From contig OZ360219.1 in the NCBI GenBank assembly GCA_977017645.1, positions 154,256,001 to 154,320,000 of the forward strand: a DNA stretch of 64,000 nt, written 5' to 3'. Shown piece after piece: positions 25,630 through 39,461 of this stretch. This DNA is from Torpedo marmorata. Taxonomy: Eukaryota. A program made the position numbers and the translations under genes. Each line of letters begins with the position of its first letter. Position 1 is the first letter of the stretch. A model generated the notes under the pieces. It had not been told where the DNA came from. It did not search any database and saw nothing but the letters and a program-made list of their open reading frames with translations.

Positions 25630-26790
25630 AAGTAGGTGGTCCACACACAAAAGGCTGCTATCTTTCTTCCTCTATATTCAAGAGTTACAGTGACATTGCC
25701 CTGCTCGATGCCACTTATGTCGATCTTGATGAAGTGCTTTGGGAGATTAGTTATGGAGCGAATTAACTATCTCAGGAAGAATCTGGACCCACTTCAGTAT
25801 GCCTATCGTCACAATAGGTGAAAGGTAGATACCATCTTGCCCACCGTCTACTCTGTATTAGATCTCTTACACCACAGAAACACCTACGTTAGGCTATTGT
25901 TCATTGTCTACAGCTCAGTGTTTAACACCATTACCCCAGCAAAACTCATGACCAAGATAAAGAACCTGGGGATCTGTCCATTCTTCTCCAACTGGATCCT
26001 GGACTTCCTCATCGGCAGACCAGCAACATCACCTTCGCCTCACTGACCATCAACACAGGGGCACACCAAGGTTATGTACTTAGTCCCATACTCAATTCCT
26101 TGTACACCCATGACTGTGTAACTAAGTTCAGCTCCAACTCTATCTAAAAATTAATTAACACCACTATTATTGGCCAAATAACTGGAAATGACGAGTCAGA
26201 ATACTGGAGATTGAGAATCTGGTTGGGTGGTGCAAAAATAACAATCTTGCTCTGTCACCACTGTTGATTTTAGGGAGGAGAGGTTAAGGCACCACACATC
26301 TGTCCGCATTGATGGGAAGGAGGTGGAAAGAGATAGAACCTTCAAGTTACTAGGAGCCAATATTTCAGAAGACCTTTGCTGGGGCCACCACATTGAGGCA
26401 ACCATGAAGAAGGGACACCAAACACTTTTACTTTCTAAGAAGTCTGAGGAGATTTGACATGTCCTTGAATACTCTATCAAACTTCTAGAAGTCCACTGTG
26501 GTTGCATCACTGCCTGGTTTGGTCATTTAAGTGCCCAGGAATGCAGAAGGCTGCAAACATAGTTCTAGGTCCAACTCAGGCTCTGACCTCCCATTCATTG
26601 CAGATATCTGTGTGAGGTGCAGCCTAAAGAAGGCAGCTGACATCATAAAGGACCCCCAACACCCTCTCTCACTGCTACCTTCGGGCAGAAGGTACAGAAT
26701 CCTGAAAACCAGCACCTCTGGGTTCAAAAACAGTTTCTTTTTTTTAACAGCTATCAGACTTTTGAACCTCCCCTTGGTATAATAATCGTA
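25630..26790 (+). mobile_element. Rex1/Babar-like LINE RT fragment (degenerate)
   Basis: ORF pieces LMKCFGRLVM...LDPLQYAYRHNR, YVRLLFIVYSSVFNTITP...NWILDFL and LLPSGRRYR...FKNSFF..AIRLLN. Confidence 0.8.
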
Positions 26791-29616
26791 GTGTATGTAC
26801 ATTGTGTAATTTGTATGACAGTAACCTCATCACTAGTAATTACATTATTAGCAATTCCTTCACTTTACTATTCTGCATGTGACCATATACATTTCAGTTA
26901 GTTTCCGTACTTAATGAAATCACCCATCATTGCTAACCCCCCTTTTCACTCGTAACACTTCCACAAAACTTTTCATTTAACTACTATAGAACAACTCACA
27001 CCACTCCCCGTCCCCAATTCATCTCGTTTGCTTAGCTCTATTTGCTCAAGAACTGTTCCAGAAAATCTTCGAGTTCTTACAGTCACAACATTAACTCTCC
27101 ATAAATATTGCCTGATATGCGCCACTACTATGTCTTAGTAATAATTTTACCACTTCAGAAACCTTGCTGATTATTTATTATATATCCCACACTAGACTTT
27201 GTAATGCCTTTAGTAAAAGTAACAGTCAAAATAGAGGTTAAAAAATAATCAATTCAGAACTTCCAACGGGAAGGCATTTATAAAGGGAAATTAATTCAAG
27301 CCACAAGATATCTGCCCAGTAACGATGAACTAAATCAGTCGTGTGTTTTAGACATGCATTAATGGCCACAGTTTGTTTCTTATCCGATACTTGCAGATAA
27401 AACAGCAAGGGGGATAATTTGACCAACATGTCAAGGTTGGATTTAAAAACTCATACAAAAATTGACAGAGCTGTTACTTAACTCAGTGTGGCACCCATTT
27501 TTTAAACTTCAAAAAACATTTAATTTTTTTATTAAATGGACCACAATTTTAAACATTTTTTGGCAATGATTTTATAAAATAGACATGAAATAATGGGATG
27601 TCTTCTGCTAAGATCTCAGTGAACAGAGCAGCATGAACTTCCACAGTCTTAGGCTGAGACTGCACCAACTAAACCTGCAGTAGGTTAACGGTGTGAAAGC
27701 CCTTTGAAATGAATGGGCTTCGTATGCATTTGCTTGTAGTTTTACTCTTTATTTTATATAAATAATTGAAACATTTTTAACAATGTTTAATTTTTGATGG
27801 ATCCTAAATGATTGTGAATGTTTGTGATCAAAGATATTCATAAGCATTCAATTTAAACAGATTTGACAGCTGGCAAGCTGGTGACACAGCCTCAATATTC
27901 TTGACTGCTCCATTTTGTATATATTTTGTGTGTATATCTTAGACCTAAAAGTACATCAGCAAAAGTATCTTGATCAACTGTCCTTGTGAACCTGCTATAA
28001 AATTATTAATAATAAAGTCAGTAAACATTAAATACTTGGAAGTATCTGATCCAGAGAAAACAAAGCCATCTAAATGTTCTTGCCTGCAATCGGCTGAAAG
28101 CTGTCATAATTAATGAGGGCAGAGACTCAATAATTCAATTGTTAATTACCAGGAAATAAAATTGAGACTGGGGTGTAAACAATAGATACAAACATAACAT
28201 TATGAATGCAATTTAAATTAATGCCTCCAGTAGAAGACAAGGGCGCAAAGTATTCCAAGGTCCATGGCAAGTTTCCTGTATTCACAGAAACAGAATTGAT
28301 ATGCTTTAAAGTACCAAATCAGAAATATGAAAGAATTCTCCATATGATCTTTATCAATCAGATAGTATGGAAGAATATAGACTATTTTCTTCATATGATG
28401 AGATAACAGTTCAAATTTAAATGTTTCTAAATTTGAACTCAGAATATAGCCTGGCTCTACTTTTTTCACACGAGGCAGTTATCAGCTCTCCTAATAGAAA
28501 CTGTATTGACAAAAAAAAGTGTTGTTTACAAAGAATACACAGCGATTGTGTTTATAGTCAAGGAAACATAATTCCACATGGATTCAAGTAGTCTGCAATA
28601 ATTATAGATTATTTCAGCCTTTTAGAATGGTCTAGTCACCCATACATCAACAGTGGGGCTGTATCATAACCTTGCATTTAACAAGACTTTGTTCCTACCC
28701 AAAAAGGATGACAAATAATATTCAATAACTTTGTAAGTTAATATTCCTTCATCCAGTACCTTGTGAAGAAGACAGCATGCCCAAATATAAAACTTGCCCC
28801 TCAGATCAATATGAAAGAATTACAAAGCATCAAAATTTAAACAAATCACTTTTCTTTCATAAGATCGTACCCAAATTAAGGAAGTTGCAGAATATTCACT
28901 TGAGCTGAGATTAAGCTTTGAAAATTAACATTATACAATTACATTGAGGCTAAAAGAGTCTTTTTAACAATTCTTCCCCTGGCCCCCAAAAATAAGAATT
29001 AAAAAGTAGTGGGGGATGGGGTAGAGAGAAAGACAGTGAGAGAGAAGAGATCGAGGTCATCCACAGTTGCTGCAGATGTCCGACGAGCCACCCTGAAAGT
29101 TAACCGGTGGAAAGTGGCTGGCCTGGACAGAGCTCCTGGATGTTACTGGAAGATCTGTACAAACCAGCTGGTGGGAGTGTTCACGGACATCTTTAACTTA
29201 TCCCCATAACAAACAGAAGAGTCTACCTGCTTTAAGGCCACTATCATCCCAGTGCCAAAGGAAAACATAATAAAAGACCTACATGACTACCACCGGTAGC
29301 AGTGACATCCACCATTCTGAAGGAATTTGAAAGACTGGTCATGCCTCCAGCCTCCCTCCCAGCCTTAACCCAATTTAATTCCCTGGCCTTCCACTCGGCT
29401 CCAAAGAATCTGGAAAAGAAGATTACTTTTCATCAACCACAGCTCCTCTTTCAACATCATAGTCCCAAGTGAACCCATCTCCAAACTCTGCAACTGCATC
29501 CCCAATTTCCTGTCCTGCTGGCCTCAAGCAGCGAGGATCACCCTCAACTACTCTTCCATGATCACACACTGGTGCTCTGCAAGGCTGCCTACTCAGCCCC
29601 CTACTATACTCCCGCA

Positions 29617-30255
29617 TGAAAAACACACCAAAACTACTGCATCCGGTACTCCCGTTGTGGTCTCCTCTACATTGGAGAAACTGGACGCAGACTGGGAGAT
29701 CGCTTTGTTGAGCACCTCGGCTCTCTCCGCCACAATAGCGTGGATCTCCCACTGGCTACCCATTTAAATTCCCCATCCCATTCCCTTAATGACATGTCTA
29801 TCCATGGTCTCATGCACTGCCAGACTGAGACCACCCGCAAATTGGAGGAACAACACCTCATCTTCCGACTGGGCACCCTCCAACCGGATGGCATTAATAT
29901 TGACCTCTGGCTTACGTTAAACCCCCCTCCCTCACTTCTTCCCCCAGCTCGGTCTCTCCCTTATGTCTCCTTTCGCATAAACATGATAAATTCTTACCTT
30001 GTCCCTTATCATATCCAATTAACACCTTTTGTTGGTATGGATTCCTCCCCTGGCCAGCACTGTCTGAATTCTGAGACTTTCTAAGATTTCCTGCTTCTGG
30101 CTCATTCTTCTTATTCCTTGAAGAAGGGCTCAGGCCCGAAACGTCGGCAATATATCTTTGTCTCCTATGGACGCTGAAAAGACTGGCTGAGTTCCTCCAG
30201 CATTTCGGTTTATTTTTACTACAATCACAGCGTCTGCAGACTTTCGTGTTTCACT
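29617..30255 (+). mobile_element. 5'-truncated Penelope-like element, second subfamily (GIY-YIG remnant and pLTR)
   Basis: DLPLATHLNS..H...MSIHGL...RKLEEQHLIFRLGTLQPDGIN. TSD CTATACTCCCGCA (29604-29616) / CTATACTCCCCGCA (30256-30269). Confidence 0.85.
30112..30152 (+). ncRNA. Minimal type-I hammerhead-ribozyme-like motif
   Basis: TATTCC-TTGAAGA-A-GGGC TCAG GCCC-GAAACGTC-GG C AATA. Stem I is UAUUCC paired with GG(C)AAUA. Confidence 0.7.
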
Positions 30256-33200
30256 CTATACTCCCCGCACACCCATGACTGCAAGCCAAACACTGCTGCA
30301 ACTCTATCTATAAATTTGTAAGTGACACTGGATTTCAAACAACAATGAAAGGGAAATAGAGGGTCTAGTGTTGTTGCCAGGACAACAATCTCTCCCTCAA
30401 TCTTAACAAGACTAAGGAATTAGTCATTGCCTTAGGAAGAGGAGTAGAGCTCACTCTCCAAATCAATGATGAGATGGAGATAGCCTTGTTCCTTGGAGTC
30501 TCCAACTATCTGATCTGGACCAACCACTTCAATGCAACAGGCAAGAAGGCACACCAATGCCTCTACTTCTTCTAGAGCCTGAGGAAATTTGGCATGTCTC
30601 CAGCATTCATCAACAACTTTCACAGATACCTCAACAACAGCATCCTGTCAGGATGCATCACTGCGTGGTACAGGAGCTGCTCCACCCAGTCTGGAAACTG
30701 CAGAGAATTGTGAATGCAGCTCATGCTATCACGCAAAGCTCCTTCCGTTCCATCCAATGCATCAGAAAAGCAGCGATCATACGAAAGGACTCACCCGGCC
30801 CCAGCCAAACTCTCTTCCCCTGTCGGGAAGAAGATTCAAGAGTGTGAAATAAAGCACCATCAGATTCAAGGACAGTTATTTTTCCTGCCATTATTAGGCT
30901 ACTGAATGAACGTCACACTAGTAAAACAATGTTGTTCTTACTCTGTTCGAATTAATCTCTCAATGTAACTCCACTCTGTTTACTGTGTGTCATGCTGTTA
31001 TATTTATGTATGGATAGACTTGCTGGGTGGCATGCAAAGCAAACCTTTTTTCACTGTACCTCAGCACGAAACAATAAACGCAAGCTTGAATCTGAACTGA
31101 AGAGGGACCCAGAACAGTACAGTAACTAGGTAGGGGTGTGGGATGACCCATAGCTGGAAAGAGAATGTGTCCGAGACCAGAGTGGGCAAATGAATGAGAA
31201 CAAAGAAACTGAGAAAAACAGAAGGTGCAGGAAGTCTAAATATCAAAACAGAGCTCCTGTGATTTTGGAAACTATAAAATAAATTTATTTTTAAATTACA
31301 AACTTCCTTGTAAATGCTCCCCTTCAGAAACTCATATTTTGGCTTCAGAAATTCTCATGTGGAACCTATGTATATGAAAGGAAATGTCTTCTCAATTGAC
31401 TCTGAATAGTAGCACATTTGATATGAATATTCAAACCCTTAAAGATGAAGAAATTGCTCCAGGTTTGCCACTTCAGGGACTAACCTTTCTATCCTCTAAA
31501 ATATGGGAACATTATATATCTCACCAGATTAAATTACTTTTGAGAACACCTAGTTTTACCTCTCAACTTTCCATCTACATAATTCTATGACCTAGTGATT
31601 ATGAATGTAATTATACCCACACTTGAGTTTGGGCAAATTCCTTCATTGTCTTGATTCCAACAAATTCTCCATCTATAATGGTAATGTGAACTGCATTATA
31701 TGAACACCTGGAATAGAATATTTAAGAACTAAGGAACAACAAAGCTAGAGTGCTTAATGATCAAATAAAATTCAAGACATGAGAGTATGAAAGGAAAATA
31801 AAATATATGGGATATGTCTTGGTGCTTTTATTTTAATATACATCACAATGAGAAGACCCATAATAGTATTATTTTAAAAAATATCAGAAAATGGAAATAA
31901 CTGGATAAACAAATTGGCACTGATGTTTGACACTTCTGGCACTTTAAAAGTTTTCAGATGCTGCCAAATAATTTTGTAAATGTGGAAGAACCATACATAG
32001 CATTTTTGTGCACTCCTTATGCACACAAGAAACCACCAACATAGTGGAGTACAAGTTGTGCAAAGATCTATCACACAAGTTGCCTTCACAAATTCTCAAA
32101 CATGTAATACAATTCAAGTCAGTAAACTGTTAGAACTTTTTTTAATGTTCATTGAAATCAAATCTACTGGCATTATATTTGTCCCTGCTTCAAAACAAAA
32201 CACCTATTGAACAAAGTAAAATGAAACGTTATAGCATTTAAGTTTACTTGTCAGTTAGAAATCTATCAGCAAAAAATTCACCAGAGTCTTTTCAAACAAA
32301 ATGAAAATTAACTCAAACCTGTCTATCTTGTCATTAGAAATTTCCCTTTGCAAAAATGAATGAAATTCAGGTGACTTCACCAGCAAAACCTGGGTGGTAT
32401 ACTAACAAGCAAACTGGCAGCTACTTTGTTAGGAATGCCATAACTGGGAAGGAGGAAGGGCCCATTTTCTACTTGGGATATTTAATTACTAATTTCATAT
32501 ATTTCTTATCGCCTGTTTTTGCATGGATTCTAACATCTATCCCGACCCAACAGTCTTGGCATCCCACACGTACAAAGCTTCTAGAGTTCTTGCATGTTGC
32601 AAATTTTAACAATTGAACATCTTTCAGAGGATGGAATGGATCAGATATTAAAAGTTTAAGAAGCCTTAACAAATAATATTCAACCTGTAAACAAAGTATT
32701 ACACAGGGAGATTAGCCCCATAGCTTTCTTTGAGAAGCGTTGCTTAATTTATAAGCAAATCCAGATGCATGAAAATCAGAAATGCAAACTGTTAACTTCA
32801 GTCATAATTTTGATGATGTGCATTATCGTGTCCAGCTGGTTTGAAGAAGTTTTTGACTGATCCTTTCAATTTCTTAATGACAAGTACTCCCATAAATGCT
32901 TTCATAAATATGAAGATTTTCAGTATGACAACAATTATTTTGCAAATCCCTGTTAAAATCATAAATGTATCAAACACTTTCTAAAACCTGCTGACAATCA
33001 GAGATATCTGGAGAAAGGCTGCCAGGCATGAACAACTTATCACACATCAAATCTATTGTTAGGAAGATACTTTCAATTACTGTATTGCAACACCCAAAGA
33101 TTTTATGTAAATTATGTAACTCAAAGTGATAGAAAATGAACACACTTTCATAAATAGAGCTTTCCCACTCGCAGCATACAAAATCTGGCTTCAGAAGCAA

Positions 33201-33499
33201 ATTAAGTATGCAAATACAATCCACAACCACCGAGTTATGTAAATAATTGACAACATGAATTGTTTATTAAAGTAAATAGATTTTAAACTTAAGTTAAACT
33301 AAAGAGATGCATGAAAAATCAACAAATTCCCTTTAAATAGAAGCTGTAAAAAAAGATGGTAATACTCTTGTGAAACGGTAGGATGATGAATCGCATTGTG
33401 TGAATGGAGTAAAATGCTTGTTTAAGACAGAAGAAAAAAATAGGTTGTGTTTTCATGGTTTAAATGTAATTCCTTTAGGTCCACTTCAATAATACTTAC

Positions 33500-33593
33500 C
33501 CTGATATCTTGGTAGTGGTTGATGTAGGACAAGATCCAGTTGATAGTGTGGAACTTATACTATTCTTCTTTGTTGACAGATCAAGCACTCCAT
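33500..33593 (-). CDS. LCORL: LCORL internal coding exon (94 bp, or 97 bp from the upstream AG; phase 1 to phase 2) with VLDLS motif
   Basis: Acceptor CTTTCTCTTAGCAG| and donor GG|GTAAGT. Encodes DGVLDLSTKKNSISS...KISG. Last exon shared by both downstream options. Confidence 0.92.
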
Positions 33594-34569
33594 CTGCTAA
33601 GAGAAAGGTTGGTTCAATTTTTCTACAATTAAGCTTTTTAAGGTGTTAACCTGTAATAGTTACATTTTGCTTTTCACTAAACAACAAATCTTCCAGCTCA
33701 GATGTTCTGATCAAATTCCAGTTAAAGATTGAAGAGGCCATCGTCTTTTCGGATGCCAAGTGACAATTTCAACAAAAAAAAAAAAAACCAGAAGAAATAT
33801 AAATAAAACAGAATATGTATTAAAACATAGAGGGGTGCCCAAAATACCACCAGCAACCTGAGAATCTCTGAACATGAACAACCTCTTGGATGAAAAAGGA
33901 ACTGAACTTTTGGTTTTCACTCTACCTGACAAGGAAAAAATAACCTCCCCTACAGGTGACCTCTTACTAAAACAGACAGAATGCTAAAACAGTCAAGAAA
34001 ACCAAAATAAACTTAATATGTAGAAGGCAGAGGTGTAAGTGCACAGCCATAAAGGAATCATCCACCTCAGACTGAAAATATTTTCTCCATAATATCCAAG
34101 AAAATCTATCACTTGGCTCTTTTCACAAAGTAAAAAATAACTTTATTTCACTTCAAATAATAGCTGAAATCATTCATAATATTGGTGAAAAAGGAAACTG
34201 ACATTAAAATAACATTAAAGAAATTTTAACCTGTATTGAAGAAAAATTAGGTGGCAGCTCCATGATAATCATTTCCTGTCTTGGAATGACAAACAATATA
34301 AAGATGAATATACAGTATTCCTAAACCATTAATACTGAGACATCATCAGCACCTCTATCTTGAAATAGCTACTACAACCCCAGAACTTCGATGTGACTGA
34401 AACATTGAAAATTTTATCTCATGGAGAACACCAATGGAACAGAATTACTCTTCCAAATATACAGAAATGGAGATGCCTGATTAAACCTACCGCATATCCC
34501 CTTCCTTCTATCCCAAGAATAACCGGCGAGAGCCTGGAAGTCTCCCAAGTATATCAATACGTTTTATAG

Positions 34570-35429
34570 TGTTATGGACCATGACTGACCATTTGGACTG
34601 CAGACGGTCAGCAGGAAGGATGAAGTCTTTTGGAGTACACACTGGGGCCAGGTACTGAAAAAGTTAACTTCCCCAGGACTTGGTGTACCCAGAGAGAGAG
34701 AGCAGAGAGAGACAGACTGTGGAAAAGATACATTGTTGCACTTTTGCAAAAAAGCAGGGGCAGATCTCTGCAAAGCACACAGTTGTAAGTTGCAAAGGCT
34801 ACAGGACACAGCCAAATCCAGGCTTGTGAAAGTCAGAGAAAAGACTGACAGGATAGCACATGGCCTCCTGTCTCAGAGAAATTCTGAGAAAAAGCAACTT
34901 CTGTGGAGAACAGGCGTGAGATCAGCGAGACTAGCTGTGAGATTCAAGCATACGCCTAAATCAGTGGTATACTGATCTGGAACTTGCAATCCTTATGAAC
35001 CTACAAGAAGGGGACGTCATCAGAGAAGAAAACAAGTATTTGTAAGCATAAACAGTCATTGTCTCTCTCCAACCTTCATTCAGAAGTACTTCTACCAGAC
35101 ACAGAGTTGAATTGAAGCCTGAACTTAGAGAGTGGATTTTGTGGACTGTATTATTCTTTTTTTTGACTGACTTGTTTTTTATGACTGACCTGGGGTTTTT
35201 GGGGAAAGTTTTTCCATTTTTACATAAGGGTTGGGCACAGACTGTAATGGTCTGGGCTTTACACACACACACACACACATACCTTTTAGATAAGAATAGT
35301 GTTTATAGACGTTTATAGTGGGGTTAATTGTTGTGAAATTATATGTTTAATTGTGTTTAATAAATATTAATTTCAATTTTACCCCTTTTGCATTGCGTCT
35401 TCTGTCGTTGCTGGTTTGAATTTGTAACA
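34570..35429 (+). repeat. 5' LTR
   Basis: TG...CA termini. Differs from the 3' LTR by about five substitutions and several small indels (counted by eye). Confidence 0.95.
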
Positions 35430-35432
35430 AAT

Positions 35433-35451
35433 TGGGGGCGCGTCCTAGGAT
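35433..35451 (+). promoter_or_regulatory. Primer-binding site, tRNA-Pro-like
   Basis: TGGGGGCGCGTCCTAGGAT just after the 5' LTR. Resembles TGGGGGCTCGTCCGGGAT, the complement of the tRNA-Pro 3' end. Confidence 0.75.
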
Positions 35452-35560
35452 TTGAATCAAAATCCATCTTGGTAATTGAAGGAATCCCAGTTTGGTTTAA
35501 GGCATTCCTTTTGTAAAGCTAATTAAAAGCTAGTGTGTGTGTAACGAAAAACCAGCAACA

Positions 35561-38500
35561 ATGGATGTAGAACATTTCTTGGAATAACCTGAACCTGACA
35601 CTTTAAAAAAGGCGAAAAAGGAACAGTTAGTGGCTATAGCAACAGAGTTGGGCATTGCTTCTGTAAAAGCATCTATGAAAAAGGCAGAGATTGGGAGAAA
35701 AATTGTCAAATACTATATAAAAGAAAAAAAATTTGAGGAGAGCGTGTTAGAGCAGTTTCCCAAGGGTAAACCTTCTGAAAACATACAGTTGGAACTAAAG
35801 AAATTGGAATTGGAACAAAAGAGATTAGACTTAGAGAACGATGAGAGAAATAGGAAATATGAGTTGGAAAAGATGAGGTTGGAAAATGAGAGGAGACAAG
35901 AAGAGCGCCAAGATCAAATTCGTCATCCTGCTGAGGGGTTTTTGGCTAGTAGAGAAGTTAGGTTGGTTCCTCCATTTGAGGAGGCAGAAATAGATAAGTA
36001 CTTCCAACATTTTGAGAAAGTGGCTGTGAAATTAAAATGGCCACAAGACCAATGGTCTCTTATGTTACAAAGTGAAATTAAAGGAAAAGCTCAGCAAGCT
36101 TACTGTACTCTTACCACAGAGCAAGCTGCTGATTATGAAACGGTGAAGAAGGCTATACTCCAGGCTTATGAGTTAGTTCCAGAGGCTTATAGACAGAAGT
36201 TTAGAAATCTAAAAAGATCAGCAACACAATCTTATACAGAGTTTGCCTATGAAAAAGTTGTGTGTTTTGACAGGTGGAGCACATCTAAGGAAGTAAACAA
36301 TGATTACAATCAATTGAGAGAATTGATAATAATCGAGGAGATAAAAATGTGTGTTCCTGAGGATATTAAGGCATACTTAGATGAAAAGGAGGTGAAAACT
36401 TGGCAAAATTCAGCTAAGTTAGCAGATGAATATGCTTTAACCCACAAGCCGAAGTGGACATCAGGTAGAATTTTCCAAAAGGTCATGGTGGATAATCAGA
36501 AGCAAGTGGAAAGTAAATTTGGAAGTGGTGTTAAGGAAAGGGATGAAGGAAAGTGGAAAAGGGAAAACAATTCGGGTCCCATTTGCCACTACTGTAGGAA
36601 GGCTGGTCATATGATAGCAAGTTGTCCAGTGTTGAAAAAGAAGAGAGAAAAGGATGCAACACCTAATGCTTGTATTCAGAGTGAGAAGATGCATAACACC
36701 CAGGAAGGAGATAAATTTACTGACAAAGTTAAAGATGTATTTAAACCTTTTGTGACTGATGGTTTTGTTTCAGTTAAGGCAGGATCAAAACAAGTTCCAG
36801 TGAAAATCTTGCGAGATACTGGAGCTGCTCAGTCACTTGTGTTAGATAGTGTCTTGGAATTTTGTGAAGCTACTGACACCGGTGACATAAATTTAATAAA
36901 AGGAATTGGTGGTGAGGTAGAGTCCATTCCTTTGCACAAAATAGTATTGGACTCAGACTTGGTGGAAGGACCAGTTATAATAGGAGTGAGACCAGAGTTG
37001 CCCGTAGAAGGAGTCTCACTGTTGTTAGGCAATGACTTGGCCAAGGGTAAAGTAGTTCCTGCAGTGCGAATGACCACTAAGCCAGTCATTGATAAGTCAG
37101 AGAAAGACTCTGATATTTATCCAGCATGTGCCATAACCAGGGCCATGTCTAAGAAAAATGTCACTGTAGAAAAGGCAGAGGAAAATAACTTGGTAAAAGA
37201 AAAAGACAGGGATAATCAAGAAAACCTGGAAAAGGTTGAGCAATCTCCTATGTTACACCCATCCACTGATAAGACACCTAAAGGCACAGATTTGTCACTA
37301 TCCCGACAGGAGTTAATAGCAAGGCAAAAGGACGATCCTGATCTTGCTGAGGTGAGGGATAAGGTTCTCTCTGAAGAGGAGATTAAAAAGGTGCCAGTGG
37401 GTTATTATGAAAAAGATGGGGTGTTGATGAGAAAGTGGAGACCATGTGATGTTCCTGCCAATGAAGAATGGGCAGTAGTGCAGCAGGTTGTGATCCCTAA
37501 AGTATATAGGGATGCAATAATAACTTTGGCTCATAGTACACCCTTAGGTGGTCACCTTGGTGTGAAGAAAACTATAAGGAAGATAATGAAACAATTTTAT
37601 TGGCCCAGTTTGAGAAGGGAGGTTGTAAGCTTTTGCCGGGCCTGTCACACTTGTCAGGTGGTGGGTAAACCTAATCAGGGTCCCCCGGTGGCACCCTTGC
37701 AACCTATCCCTGCTTTCAGTGAGCCTTTCTCGAGAGTAATTGTGGACTGTGTTGGCCCATTGCCGAAAACCAAAGCGGGGAATGAGTATTTGTTAACAAT
37801 TATGTGTGCAGCCACCAGATTTCCAGAGGCCATTCCTCTGAGAAACATAAAAGCAAAGTCAATTGTAAAGGCTATGGTAAAGTTTTTCACCTTGGTAGGT
37901 TTGCCAAGGGAAATTCAATCAGATCAGGGCAATAATTTCATGTCAGGCGTTTTCCAACAAGTGGTTGATGGACTAGGAGTTAAACAGATTGTATCCTCTG
38001 CGTACCATCCAGAAAGTCAAGGGGCCTTGGAGAGGTTCCATTCGACTTTGAAAAACATGATTAGAACCTATTGTTGTGAGAAGGAAAAGGATTGGGATGA
38101 GGGGGTTCATTTGTTGTTATTTGCAGCGAGGGAGTCTGTCCAAGATTCACTTGGTTTTAGTCCATTCGAGTTAGTTTTCGGACATGAGGTGAGAGGTCCT
38201 TTAAGATTATTAAAAGAACAGTGGATTAATAGTGATGTGCATTTAAATCTGTTAGATTATGTTTCCAAATTTAAGGATCGGTTACATAGGGCTTGTGAGA
38301 TGGCAAAGGAGAATTTAAAGGCCACTCAACAGAGAATGAAGGTTTGGTATGATCGAAAGGCGAAGATGAGAACTTTTAAACCTGATGAGAACGTATTAGT
38401 TCTGTTTCCCATCCATTCAAATCCTCTTAGGGCTAGATTTTCAGGACCCTTTAGAGTTAAGTCAAAAATTAATGATGTCACCTATGTCATAGAAACACCT

Positions 38501-39330
38501 AATCGCAGACGAGACACACAGGTCTGTCATGTGAATATGATTAAGCCATATTTTGAACAGGTGCCGCACAAAGGGACTGAAAATTTACCAGAGGTACTGG
38601 TTATTGACAGGGGTAAGGAGGAGACAGATAAAACTAGTTTCAGAGAGGGTCATGGAACTGTTAATTCTCTGAGTTATGTAGTAGGACAGGGGCAGTTGGC
38701 GCCAGTAGAGGCAAAGGTTGTCGCTATTTCCGAGTTCCCTGTTCCAACTGGTAAGAAAACTCTGAGGAGGTTCCTGGGAATGATTGGCTACTACCGCAAG
38801 TTCTGTAAAAACTTTGCTGATCTTGCGCTCCCTCTCACAAGTTTGCTTAGAAAGAAAAATTTGTATGGTCTACAGGTTGTCAGGAAGCATTTGTCAAATT
38901 GAAAGCCATGTTATGCCACCAACCTGTGCTTAAGTCACCTAATTTAGAACAGTCGTTTTCTTTAGCCGTGGATGCCAGCGATGAAGCTGTGAGTGCGGTG
39001 CTGTTACAGAAGAAGAACGAAGAGGACATTGACCATCCGGTATCCTACTTCTCGAAGAAGTTCAATGATCATCAAAGGAATTATTCAACTATAGAGAAAG
39101 AGTTGTTGGCTCTTGTGTTGGCTCTACAACACTTTGATGTGTATATCTGTACAGCTCAAAAACCACTCATAGTGTATACTGACCATAATCCATTGGTTTT
39201 TCTTTGTAAAATGAAAAATAAGAATCGACGGTTGTTGAATTGGAGTCTAATTTTGCAAGAGTATAATTTGGTAATCACTCATATAAAAGGGAAAGATAAT
39301 GTAATTGCTGATTGTCTTTCTAGATGTTAA
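35561..39330 (+). pseudogene. Disrupted gag-pol polyprotein of the Gypsy element
   Basis: ATG at 35561 with in-frame TAA at 35585. SCAN-like capsid (PEAYRQKFR...LRELIIIEE), CCHC knuckle CHYCRKAGHMIASC, protease RDTGA, integrase HHCC plus D-D-E (VDCVG, SDQGN, LERFH) and GPF motif. Only the RT thumb remains (RRFLGMIGYYRKF), then a frameshift near 38860 and RNase H (VDASD, TIEKE, YTDH, ADCLSR). Confidence 0.92.
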
Positions 39331-39450
39331 ACTTTATCAATGAAAATAGTTCATATTTTGTATTTGTGGATGAACATTGTAGATTTTGTTTATATTCTGA
39401 CACCTCAATTACTTTCCTAAATTTTGTTCTTGCAGACCAAAATTTCCTTT

Positions 39451-39461
39451 GTGGGTGGAGG
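39451..39461 (+). promoter_or_regulatory. Polypurine tract
   Basis: GTGGGTGGAGG immediately before the 3' LTR. Confidence 0.7.

Larger units (their letters stand above)
29060..30910 (+). mobile_element. Rex1/Babar-like LINE fragment interrupted by a PLE
   Basis: KVAGLD...QLVGVFTDIFNLS upstream. The RT remnant resumes after 30269. Confidence 0.75.

Noticed and set aside
32469-32690. Extra LCORL terminal exon at an acceptor-like TTTGTTTACAG
   Set aside because: In the phase required by the 33500 donor it stops after a few codons, and no homology was recognised.
33382-33420. Box C/D snoRNA candidate (ATGATGA)
   Set aside because: Antisense to the host transcript, with no convincing box D or terminal stem.
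35630-38902. Domesticated host gene (1090-aa ORF)
   Set aside because: It lies between LTRs with a TSD and has an upstream nonsense codon, an RT deletion and a frameshift.
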